Below, in pieces: positions 33,421 through 41,830 of a DNA stretch of 64,000 nucleotides (position 1 is its first letter; each line of letters begins with the position of its first letter). The notes below the pieces were generated by a model. That model saw nothing but the letters and a program-made list of their open reading frames with translations, was not told the origin of the DNA and searched no databases. Origin of the DNA: an uncultured delta proteobacterium (lineage in GTDB: Bacteria; Myxococcota_A; Polyangia; Haliangiales; Haliangiaceae); assembly GCA_963848295.1 (NCBI GenBank), contig CAWKDB010000010.1:3104001-3168000 (forward strand). The letters run 5' to 3'. A program made the position numbers and the translations under genes.

Positions 33421-34809
33421 CTACGGGGCCTTCGCGCGGCGGGCGACGACCGCGCGCACCCGGCGCTGCTCGTCGGCGGTGAACCGCCGCAGCGACGGCT
33501 CGATGCCCCAAGGCTCGTCGGGAAAGAACCCGAGCACCGCGAATAACGCATCGTCCGCGACGCGCTCGTAGGCATGGTTCTCCGCGTCGATCAGCGCCCG
33601 CGCTTCTCGGGCGTTGCGCGGCGCCGGGCCGTCGATGTACGGCTTGTTGCGCGCGCCATAGCGGTTGTCGTTGAAGAAATCGGTGACGAGCAACGCCACC
33701 GCGGGGTTGTGGGTGTATGCGGCCTCGCGAAACAGCCCGGCGAGCGCGTCGGTGCGCTCCGCGAACGCCGCCGACGCCACGCGCATCCTCTCGTGGAGAG
33801 CTTGGACCGCCGTCACGTCGTGCAGCCGTGCGCCGGCGAGCTCGAACGCGAAGTCAGCGCCCCATGTCGGATGTGTGGGGTCGATCGGCTTGCGGTGACG
33901 CGCGGCGTGGGCGACCTGAAGCTGTGGCACCAGGCTCGGATCGTCGAGCTCGCCGAGCGCGAGCACGATCGAAGCGGCGACCCCGTCGTCTTGCTCGTGG
34001 GCGAGCGCCTCGATCAGCTTCGGCGCACGCACGCGCGGGTGACTCTTGCGGAAGCCATTCGCCGCGACGTTTCGCAACTGCATGTTCTGGCTGCGCGCGA
34101 GCACGCCGAGCAAGCGATCGACCGCTTCTGGCGTCTCGGTCGCAGCGACGCACCGGACCGCAGACTCTGCGACCGAGTAGTCGCTCGCGGCGAGCAGCGG
34201 ATCGAGCTGGCCGACGAGCGCCGCATCGCCCGGTTGGACGTAGATCTCGGCGTCCGGCGCGCCCGCCTTGACCGCGGCGATGATGTCGGGATCGTCGAGC
34301 GTGACCAGCGTCATCGGCGACGCACTCGATCCGTCCGGTCCGCGCGCGACCGCGCCGAGCTTGGCTTGCGCGACGAACGCGGTCGCATCGCGGTCGAGCT
34401 GGTAGGTGAACCGGTACTCGGTGCGCGCCGGCAAGCTGGCGAAGCGGTGCGCGACGCCGATCTGAAAGTCGCGCGTGCTGCCGGTGCGCGTGACCGGCAG
34501 CGCGAACACGACACGCTGTTGCTGCGGCGGGATGACGACGAAGTCCTTCGCCGACATCGGCAGCGGCGGCGCGATCGGGCCCTGCCACGCGACCCATGCG
34601 CCGTGTGCGTCTTTGATCTCGAGCGCGAGGCAGTGCCACTCGTTCGCGCACACCGCGATTGGCTGCGCGGTGTGATCGACGACATCGAGCTCGATCGTCT
34701 GCGTGCCGCGCGCCGGCGTGACCCGCGGATAGATCGAGATCGCGGGACGCGTGCTCGGTGCCGCGGCCGCGGTACCCACGATCACCGCATTGATTAGAGC
34801 TGCGCGCAT
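33421..34809 (-). CDS. Secreted HEAT-repeat protein
   Basis: Signal-like start MRAALINAVIVGTAAAA; HEAT-like repeats (LIEALAHEQDDGVAASIVLALGEL); TGATG overlap with the upstream gene. Confidence 0.65.
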   Translation of the reverse strand: MRAALINAVIVGTAAAAPSTRPAISIYPRVTPARGTQTIELDVVDHTAQPIAVCANEWHCLALEIKDAHGAWVAWQGPIAPPLPMSAKDFVVIPPQQQRVVFALPVTRTGSTRDFQIGVAHRFASLPARTEYRFTYQLDRDATAFVAQAKLGAVARGPDGSSASPMTLVTLDDPDIIAAVKAGAPDAEIYVQPGDAALVGQLDPLLAASDYSVAESAVRCVAATETPEAVDRLLGVLARSQNMQLRNVAANGFRKSHPRVRAPKLIEALAHEQDDGVAASIVLALGELDDPSLVPQLQVAHAARHRKPIDPTHPTWGADFAFELAGARLHDVTAVQALHERMRVASAAFAERTDALAGLFREAAYTHNPAVALLVTDFFNDNRYGARNKPYIDGPAPRNAREARALIDAENHAYERVADDALFAVLGFFPDEPWGIEPSLRRFTADEQRRVRAVVARRAKAP

Positions 34810-35389
34810 CACGGCAAGTGTAGCTCGGCGCGTGCGGTCTCGATCGCCTGCGCGAGATCCGGTGCCAGCTCGCACTCGACGACCAGCTCGCCGCCGTCGG
34901 GGTGAGCGACTCGCAACGACGTCGCATGCAGCGCGAGTCGATGCAGACCGAACCGGTCGCGCCACAGCCGATTGTGCTCGCCCTTGCCGTAGCGCACGTC
35001 GCCGATCAGCGGACACGCGATGTGCTTGCAGTGCCGGCGGATCTGATGAAGCCGGCCGGTGCGCGGCCTCGCTTCGACCACCGCGTAGCGCCCGAAAGTC
35101 TCGAGCCGGAGCAGCTCGGTGATCGCCGGCACCCGTGCCTCGCCCGGCGCGCGTGGGATCGCATGGTCGATCACGACCTGCTCCGGCGGATGCCCGCGAG
35201 TGACCGCGAGATACCGCTTGTGCGCGTTCGGCCACGCCTCGGAGAACGCACGGGCGGCTTCCTTGTCGAGCGCGAACAACACGATGCCGGAGGCGCCGCG
35301 ATCGAGGCGATGCACCGGGTAGACGTACGCCCCGACCTCGTCGCGCACGCGCTGGAGCAGGCGTCGTCGTCGTCGGCCCAGACCAGGTC
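34809..35389 (-). pseudogene. RluA/TruC-family pseudouridine synthase, 5'-truncated and frameshifted
   Basis: PVHRLDRGASG, TGRLHQIRRH, PLIGDVRYG and LALHA present; the usual N-terminal xKPxG motif region is absent; upstream WADDDD lies in another frame and abuts the repeat doublet. Confidence 0.7.
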
Positions 35390-35484
35390 GACGCTGTCTC
35401 TTTTGTCAACTTGCGCCCCGACCCTCGCTTGCTATCTGTGCGAGTTCGTTCGAGAAAAATGGTGACGCTGTCTCTTTTGTCAAC
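35390..35484 (+). repeat. Repeat doublet (GACGCTGTCTCTTTTGTCAAC x2)
   Basis: Identical 21-mers at 35390-35410 and 35464-35484, 74 bp apart. Confidence 0.95.
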
Positions 35485-37670
35485 TAACGGGGTTCGCTGG
35501 GTGGGCCGAGGTGCTGGCGGAAGAAGTCGACCTGGACCTGCTCGCGCGCGAGGTTGAGCTTCGGGTCCGGCACCATGTGCGTCGCCGACAGCGTGATGAC
35601 CTCGGCGCGCTTGCCCGCGACGTACAACGCCTCGATCAGCGCCAGCGTGTTCGCGAAGTGGACGTTGTCGTCGGTGATGCCGTGGATGATCAGCAGCGGT
35701 CGGGTCAAGCTCGCCGCGTAGGTCAACACGCTCGCCTCCGCATAGCCGGCGGCGTTGCGATCCGGCGTCTTCATGTAGCGCTCCGTGTACGCGCTGTCGT
35801 AGAGCGCCCAATCCGTGACCGGCGCACCCGCGACCGCGGCCTTGAACAGCTCAGGGTGCAGCAACACCGCCATCGCGGCGAAGTACCCCCCGAACGACCA
35901 GCCGGCGACGCCGACCCGATCGAGATCCATCTCGGGGTGGCGAGCACCGAGCGCGCGCAGCCCGGCGACCTGATCGTCCATCGCGACGGAGATCAGATCT
36001 TTCAGGATCGCGCGCTCCCATGCTCGGCCCCGGAACGGGGTGCCGCGACCGTCGGTGCGCACGACGATGAACCCGGCGTCGGCGTACCACTGGTCCATCA
36101 CGTAGTCGTCGAGTGCGTCGGTGACCATCGTCTTGTGCGGTCCGGCATAGACCGTGAGCAGCACGGGATAGCGCTGGCGCGGATCGAACGTGCGCGGGCG
36201 AGTCACCGCCGCGTATTGCGTGCGGCCGCCGACCTCCACCGTCTCGATCACCGTCGTCGGCACCAGGCTCGGGCGCTCCGCGACCGACGGCAGCTCGTAG
36301 CGCCCGGTCCGGGTGACTGCGTAGGTGTGATGCCCGCCGGCGTGCGAGCGCTCGACGATCACCGTGACATCGTGGTTCGCCGCGCCCATCGCGAAGCCAT
36401 CGCCGCTCGAGATCCGCTGCGGCGCGCCGCCGTCGAACGGAATCCGCAGCACGTCTTGCTTCGTGGGATCGGCGCCGGCCGTGACGATCGCCGCCTTGTC
36501 CTCGATCCCGACCAACGCGCGCAAGCCGAGCTCTGGCTGGGTCAGGGCGCGCACGAGCTTGCCATCCGGTGCATGAAGCTCGAGCGTCCACGCGCCGGAA
36601 GCTTCGGTCATCCACAGCCACCCGGAGCCGTCGAGCAGCCAGCGCGGCGCACCAGCATCGGCGTTGATCCACGCCTCGTCGTGCTCGGTGAATAGCGCGG
36701 ACGCGGTCGCTGCCGTCGCGTCGAGCCGGAGCAGCTCGACGTCGGTCTGGTCGCGATTCATGACGAGCGCGGTCGGTGGCGCGTGCGGGCGCCACGACAC
36801 GCTGACCAGGTACGGATACCGCGCGATCTCCCACCTGATCCACTTCGCATCGCCACCGCTCGCGGCGACGACGCCGAGATCGACGATCGCGTTTGGCGTG
36901 CCCGCGCGCGGATACTTGAACGCCACCGGCGCGCGCTCGGGGTGGCGCGCGTCGGCGACGTAGATCGTCTCGACCGGACGAAGATCGCTGCGCTCGAACA
37001 ACAGCTGCGAGCTATCCGGCGACCACCAGAACCCGCGGCGCCGGCCAAGCTCCTCTTGCGCGACGAACTCGGCGACGCCGTACTCGAAGCCTTCGGGGTG
37101 ATGGGTGAGCCGTCGGGGCGCGCCCCCAGCCGTGACGACGCAGAGGTCGCCGCCACGCACGAACGCGATCTTCGCGCCGTCCGGCGACAGGTGCGGATCG
37201 TAGGCCTCGCCGCCGGGATCGATCATGTGCCGCGCGCCGGTCGTGCGATCGATCAGGTAGAGCTTGCCGCCGAGCGGGACCATGACGATGTGGCCGTCTT
37301 CGGAGACGTCCACGTCGACCACGCCGCGCGTCGCGGTTCGGGTCCGTTCGCGCCGCGCCTTCTCGGCATCGGACAGGTGCTCGTCGCCGGTGCCGAGCAG
37401 CTCTGCAGCGGTCACCAGCGTCTTGACCGCGCCGGTCTTCGTGTCGAGCTCGTACAGGTCGGCGGCAAACTCGCGCGCGGCGGTCCGGCGGAACAGCACC
37501 GCGCCGTCCTTCGCGATCGCGACGAGCGTCGGCAACCCGAGCCGGAAGTTGAAGGTCGCGGCGGAGTCGGCGAGGAGCTTGGCGTCTAGAGCGGGCCAGG
37601 GCATGGTCGTGGGCCTTGCAGGGTGGCAGGCGGTGACCGCGACGAGCGCGAATGCCGCTAGACGGGTCAT
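35484..37670 (-). CDS. S9 family dipeptidyl peptidase IV-like lipoprotein
   Basis: Lipobox VTAC; AEFVAQEE, GWSFGG, YTERYM, HGITDDNVH. Confidence 0.93.
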   Translation of the reverse strand: MTRLAAFALVAVTACHPARPTTMPWPALDAKLLADSAATFNFRLGLPTLVAIAKDGAVLFRRTAAREFAADLYELDTKTGAVKTLVTAAELLGTGDEHLSDAEKARRERTRTATRGVVDVDVSEDGHIVMVPLGGKLYLIDRTTGARHMIDPGGEAYDPHLSPDGAKIAFVRGGDLCVVTAGGAPRRLTHHPEGFEYGVAEFVAQEELGRRRGFWWSPDSSQLLFERSDLRPVETIYVADARHPERAPVAFKYPRAGTPNAIVDLGVVAASGGDAKWIRWEIARYPYLVSVSWRPHAPPTALVMNRDQTDVELLRLDATAATASALFTEHDEAWINADAGAPRWLLDGSGWLWMTEASGAWTLELHAPDGKLVRALTQPELGLRALVGIEDKAAIVTAGADPTKQDVLRIPFDGGAPQRISSGDGFAMGAANHDVTVIVERSHAGGHHTYAVTRTGRYELPSVAERPSLVPTTVIETVEVGGRTQYAAVTRPRTFDPRQRYPVLLTVYAGPHKTMVTDALDDYVMDQWYADAGFIVVRTDGRGTPFRGRAWERAILKDLISVAMDDQVAGLRALGARHPEMDLDRVGVAGWSFGGYFAAMAVLLHPELFKAAVAGAPVTDWALYDSAYTERYMKTPDRNAAGYAEASVLTYAASLTRPLLIIHGITDDNVHFANTLALIEALYVAGKRAEVITLSATHMVPDPKLNLAREQVQVDFFRQHLGPPSEPR

Positions 37671-37730
37671 GCCGCGGGCAGTATGCGCCGGTTTTTTGCC
37701 CTCGGGCGCGCGGTAGCGGACCATCCATTC

Positions 37731-38105
37731 ATGAGGAAGGAACGCAGGCGCCGCCGCGCCACCACCGTCACACTCGCGCTCACCTACCAGCTCGATGCGT
37801 GCTGCAAAGACGGCAAGATCCAAGGCATGGTCGTCGCCGACGGAGATGGCCTCCCGCTCGCCGCCGCCGGTGATACCTACGCGTGCGATGAAGTCGCCGC
37901 GCGGATGGTCCATGTCGGTGCGCGCGTCCCGCAGTTCGACGGCACGCTGCTCGGCAGCGGCCATCGCTGGGACGTCCAGATGACGAAGGTCATCGTCGAC
38001 GGCAGCGAGCTCCTCGTCTGTGCGGTCGGCGGCTCGAAGGCGCAACGCAAGAAGCAGATCGCGCGCGGCGCCGAGGGCGCGCTACGCATTCTCGCCGCGG
38101 CGTAA
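37731..38105 (+). CDS. Roadblock/LC7-like small protein
   Basis: GMVVADGDGLPLAAAG motif and short alpha/beta size. Confidence 0.55.
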   Translation: MRKERRRRRATTVTLALTYQLDACCKDGKIQGMVVADGDGLPLAAAGDTYACDEVAARMVHVGARVPQFDGTLLGSGHRWDVQMTKVIVDGSELLVCAVGGSKAQRKKQIARGAEGALRILAAA

Positions 38106-38141
38106 CGGCGAGCCTCGGCGGCGACCCGCTGGTAAGCTTGC

Positions 38142-38585
38142 ATGATGAGAGCAGCCCTTGCCATCGCGCTGGCGCTAGCCGCGTGTCACGCGAAGTCCGC
38201 GCAGCGAGTCGATGACGGTGAAGCCAAGCGTCTGCTCATCGATCGCAACTGGATCGATCGCATGCCGACGACCGAGACCGATCGGCTGCACGTCTATCGC
38301 TTCGTGCCGACGATGGGCGGTGGCGTGTTCCAGGATCGTACGATCTACAAAGGCCAGTTCGAGCTGTTCACGTTCGCGGTCGACGGCGACAAGATCCACT
38401 TCAACCTGCCTCAGACTCACGACGAGGTGACGAGCCGATTCCGGATCGAGAAGGTGGCGGGTCCCGAGCCGTTCGATCTCGAGCTCACGATCGACGACGA
38501 TCCGCGCGGCCCCCACGTCTACTACGGCATTCGCGCGGAGACCGATCGCGACGGCAGTGCGCTCGAGCAGCGCTTGCTAAAATAG
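38142..38585 (+). CDS. Hypothetical lipoprotein
   Basis: Lipobox LAAC. Confidence 0.7.
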   Translation: MMRAALAIALALAACHAKSAQRVDDGEAKRLLIDRNWIDRMPTTETDRLHVYRFVPTMGGGVFQDRTIYKGQFELFTFAVDGDKIHFNLPQTHDEVTSRFRIEKVAGPEPFDLELTIDDDPRGPHVYYGIRAETDRDGSALEQRLLK

Positions 38586-39098
38586 CCAGCCGAGATCGAG
38601 GCCGAACACGAAGCCGTCGTGAGTCTCGGCGGGGACGCGGCCGCGCAGGTCGATGTCCTCGTGTAACGACACGCCCATGTGTGGCGTGATCGCGAGCTCG
38701 CGCCACGGCACGATGCGATAGCCGACCTCGCTGATCCCGCCGATCGAGAGCGTCGTGCCGAGCCAGCGATGGTCGGCGTCGTCGTGGGTCGAGTCGGTCG
38801 CGAGCTCGAGGCTCGAGCCGAAGAACCAGCCGTCCATGTTGCCGGCGGGCAAGCGCGATAGCCACGCGCCACGGCTGTTGTGGAAGTAGCAGCGCAGCTG
38901 GATCAGCGTGCCGACCCGCAGCGCGGTGTAATCGCCAGTCGCCGCTTCGCGCATCTCGCCGCCGACCGCGATCGACATGTGCAAGAACGGCACGTAGCGC
39001 TCGTACTGAGCCGCCGCGCCGCGCAAGCCATCGATCGACGGCAGCTCGAGTGACACGTTGTTGAGCAGCGGCGCCATCACCAGCGCGATCAGGCTCAC
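38577..39098 (-). CDS. Hypothetical protein, possibly a small beta-barrel
   Basis: GTGA overlap with the upstream esterase; ends FGLDLGWLF (terminal Phe, as in outer-membrane proteins). Confidence 0.55.
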   Translation of the reverse strand: MSLIALVMAPLLNNVSLELPSIDGLRGAAAQYERYVPFLHMSIAVGGEMREAATGDYTALRVGTLIQLRCYFHNSRGAWLSRLPAGNMDGWFFGSSLELATDSTHDDADHRWLGTTLSIGGISEVGYRIVPWRELAITPHMGVSLHEDIDLRGRVPAETHDGFVFGLDLGWLF

Positions 39099-39979
39099 GG
39101 TGGTGGTCCGATCGTGTGATCGAGAAAGTCGAGCAGCGCGTCTTGCGCGGCCGGCGTGTCGAGCGACGTCAAGGGCAGCTCGAATTCGCCGCCGTCGGTG
39201 GTGTCGTTCAAGATGTGGCCGCCGCCCGGAACTTCCAGCAATCGGGTCTCGGTCCCGACCGCGTCGAGCGCCGCGATCATCGGCTTGTCCTGATGATCGA
39301 AGTTGACGTACCAGTCGCCGTCGCCGGACACGAACAAGTACGGCGGATCGCCTGCGGCGACGTGCGCGAGCGGCGACGCCTCTTGGTAGAGCTCGGGATC
39401 GTCGGAGAGCGATGCGCCGACGAACGAAGTGACCACCGGAAACTGCGGCAGCGCCGCCATGTCCTCGACGCCCGCGCCGCTGACCACCGCATCGAGCGCC
39501 GCGGCTGGACCGGCGTCGCAATCGGGCGCCACGGTCGGGTCGTCGGCGGTGGTCGCGAGCATCGACACCAGGTGGCCGCCGGCCGAGTAGCCGACGCCTG
39601 CGATCCGATCCGGATCGATCGCGAGCTCGGTCGCGTGCGCGCGCATGTACGCGAGCGCGCAGAAGCAGTCCTGGACTTGCGCCGGAAAGTGCGCCTCCGG
39701 GGTCAGCCGGTACTCGATGTTGACCGCGACGTACCCGGCCTCGGCGAGCCAGCTCGATTGCGGCCCCAAGCTGCTGCGATAGACGCCCTCGGTCCAGCCG
39801 CCGCCGTGGATGACCAGCACGGCCGGCCGCGCGGCGCCGTTCGTGTGCGGGTTGTAGACGTCGAGGACGTCCTGGGAGAACCGGCTGTCGTACGAGATGT
39901 CGGTCGTCTCCGTGACACCGACGCCGCACCCGGCGAGAACCGCCGTCCACACCAGCGATGGAAAACGCATCGCCGACAC
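39095..39979 (-). CDS. Alpha/beta-hydrolase esterase (HSL-like) lipoprotein
   Basis: IHGGGW, EYRL, GYSAGG, GGGH; lipobox LAGC. Confidence 0.9.
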   Translation of the reverse strand: MSAMRFPSLVWTAVLAGCGVGVTETTDISYDSRFSQDVLDVYNPHTNGAARPAVLVIHGGGWTEGVYRSSLGPQSSWLAEAGYVAVNIEYRLTPEAHFPAQVQDCFCALAYMRAHATELAIDPDRIAGVGYSAGGHLVSMLATTADDPTVAPDCDAGPAAALDAVVSGAGVEDMAALPQFPVVTSFVGASLSDDPELYQEASPLAHVAAGDPPYLFVSGDGDWYVNFDHQDKPMIAALDAVGTETRLLEVPGGGHILNDTTDGGEFELPLTSLDTPAAQDALLDFLDHTIGPPP

Positions 39980-40026
39980 GGTAGAGCAATTCGCGGGCCG
40001 CGCGCCTAATCCTGGATCAATCGGGA

Positions 40027-40389
40027 TTAATCGTTCGTCAGTGGCGCTTTCGGCGGCGGGCTTGGCAGCTTCACGCCGGCCCCTTCGGGCGGTGGGGCGA
40101 TGCCGTCGGCGCCGTCGCAGTTCTGATCGATGCCGTCGCCGGGCGTGTCGACCGCACCGGGGTGACGGGCCGCGTTGGCGTCGTCGCAGTCGAGATCGGC
40201 GATCGGTTGTGCGTTGAGCACCGCCGCATCACAGCCGGAGACGCCGCTCGGGCACACCCACGCCCCGGCGAAGCCGTCGCCATCCTGATCGAGTCGAACC
40301 GCGCCGTTCGGGTTGGTGTAGCGAACGTAGGTGGGCGCGGCGGCGCACGCCGCGAGCACGAAGGCGGAGGCGATGCGCGTGGTCGTCAC
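40027..40389 (-). CDS. Small lipoprotein with MopE-related putative metal-binding motif
   Basis: DQDGDGF...DCDDANAARHPGAVDTPGDGIDQNCDG. Confidence 0.7.
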   Translation of the reverse strand: MTTTRIASAFVLAACAAAPTYVRYTNPNGAVRLDQDGDGFAGAWVCPSGVSGCDAAVLNAQPIADLDCDDANAARHPGAVDTPGDGIDQNCDGADGIAPPPEGAGVKLPSPPPKAPLTND

Positions 40390-40405
40390 GCGCCGATCAT
40401 ACGCC

Positions 40406-41812
40406 CTAAAGCGTCTTGAGATATTCGAGCAGCGCGGTCCGGTCGGCGTCGTCGAGCGCATCGCCGAACGTGTGGCCGGCGTTGCCGTAGCCCGGCTGGG
40501 TCGTGTCGTAGATCGCCGTCTTGGTCGAGTCGGTGACGCCGGCCTGGCCGTGATCGAGCGCGGTGAACTTCCAGCCGATCGCGGCCTGGTCGTAGTCTGT
40601 CGACGAGAACGTGCGCGTCCAGTACGTCGGGCGCGTCGTCGAATCGAGCAGCGCCGCGAGGGTCGGCACCGAGCCGTCGTGCAGGTACGGTGCGGTCGCC
40701 CAGATCCCGTCGAGCGGCGGCGCGATGTAGCCGGGTTGCGGATCGAGTTGCGAGACCTGGCCCCAGAACGATTGCGCGAACCACTGGACGTAGCGATCGG
40801 CGAACTGGGACGCGCCGGTCGCGAGCATCGCGTCGGTGCCGACGTCCGCGATCGGGACGAGCTCGTTCGGATACTCGCCGGTGGCACCGTACGTGCCATG
40901 GCAGCGCGCGCACGTCGCGTCGAACACGGTCTTGCCTTGCGCCGCTAGCGAGGCGTCGATCGGGAACGGCCACGCCGGCGGCGTCAGCGATTCGATCCAG
41001 GCGCGGACGTCGACGAACGCCGCGTCGATCGTCTGGGCTTCGGCGACGTTATCGGTGCACAGCAGCGACGCCGTCATCATCGTGCGCGCGTGATCGCCGC
41101 GACCCGCGGTCGTGTAGAACATCGCGTGCTTCTTCGCCATCCGCCACCATGGCGGGACGTGGACCGGCACGACGCCGGGCGGCGGCAGAACGAGCAGCGG
41201 CGTGTCCGACCACGCGAGCGTCGTCGGATCGCGATGCGCCATCAACGCGGCGGTGAGGTTGTCGGCCGGGTTGACGCCGATCGTGAGCGTCTGCGTGTAC
41301 GGCGCGATCGCGTCCATGTGCGTGTCGAACCGCTGCCACTCGGCGTGCGCGGTCGGATCGCTGATCAAGCCGCCGACTTCATCGATCTCCGCGGCCTGGT
41401 TCGTCGTGAAGTCGCCCGCGGCGGCGCCGAGCCCGACGACGATCTTGCCGTTGATCGAGCTCGCGTGACACGTCAGGCAGTTCGCCGACACGACCTCGAC
41501 GCCCTCGGTCGACATCGCGGCGCTGTAATAGTAAGGCAGCGTCGCGTTCTCGCCGGTGCGACCCGGAATCTGCTCCGAGGCGGGCGCGGCGCCGAACACC
41601 GAGTCGTAGAGCGTCTTCGGCAGGCCGCACGTGATGTAGCCGCCGTTGATCAAGTAGTCGTAGCCCTTCGCCGGATCGCCGGCGCGTTGCGGATCGGCCG
41701 GGATCGACGGATACGACCACGTGACCGAGATCGCATCCGAGCCGGTGGCCGGGCCGGGGCCGCGGCCACACGCGGCGACCCCGAGCGCGAGCAACATCGA
41801 GCGAGTCATCAC
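40406..41812 (-). CDS. Di-heme c-type cytochrome lipoprotein, RoxA-like family
   Basis: CLTCH and CARCH; APPLDGIWATAPYLHDGSVP; GYGNAGHTFG; LLEYLKTL. Confidence 0.85.
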   Translation of the reverse strand: MMTRSMLLALGVAACGRGPGPATGSDAISVTWSYPSIPADPQRAGDPAKGYDYLINGGYITCGLPKTLYDSVFGAAPASEQIPGRTGENATLPYYYSAAMSTEGVEVVSANCLTCHASSINGKIVVGLGAAAGDFTTNQAAEIDEVGGLISDPTAHAEWQRFDTHMDAIAPYTQTLTIGVNPADNLTAALMAHRDPTTLAWSDTPLLVLPPPGVVPVHVPPWWRMAKKHAMFYTTAGRGDHARTMMTASLLCTDNVAEAQTIDAAFVDVRAWIESLTPPAWPFPIDASLAAQGKTVFDATCARCHGTYGATGEYPNELVPIADVGTDAMLATGASQFADRYVQWFAQSFWGQVSQLDPQPGYIAPPLDGIWATAPYLHDGSVPTLAALLDSTTRPTYWTRTFSSTDYDQAAIGWKFTALDHGQAGVTDSTKTAIYDTTQPGYGNAGHTFGDALDDADRTALLEYLKTL

Positions 41813-41830
41813 GACCGCAGCTTTCCCTCG

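Noticed and set aside
35390..35484. Integron attC interpretation of the doublets
   Set aside because: Doublets are direct repeats, lack the RYYYAAC...GTTRRRY inverted core arrangement, and no integrase is present
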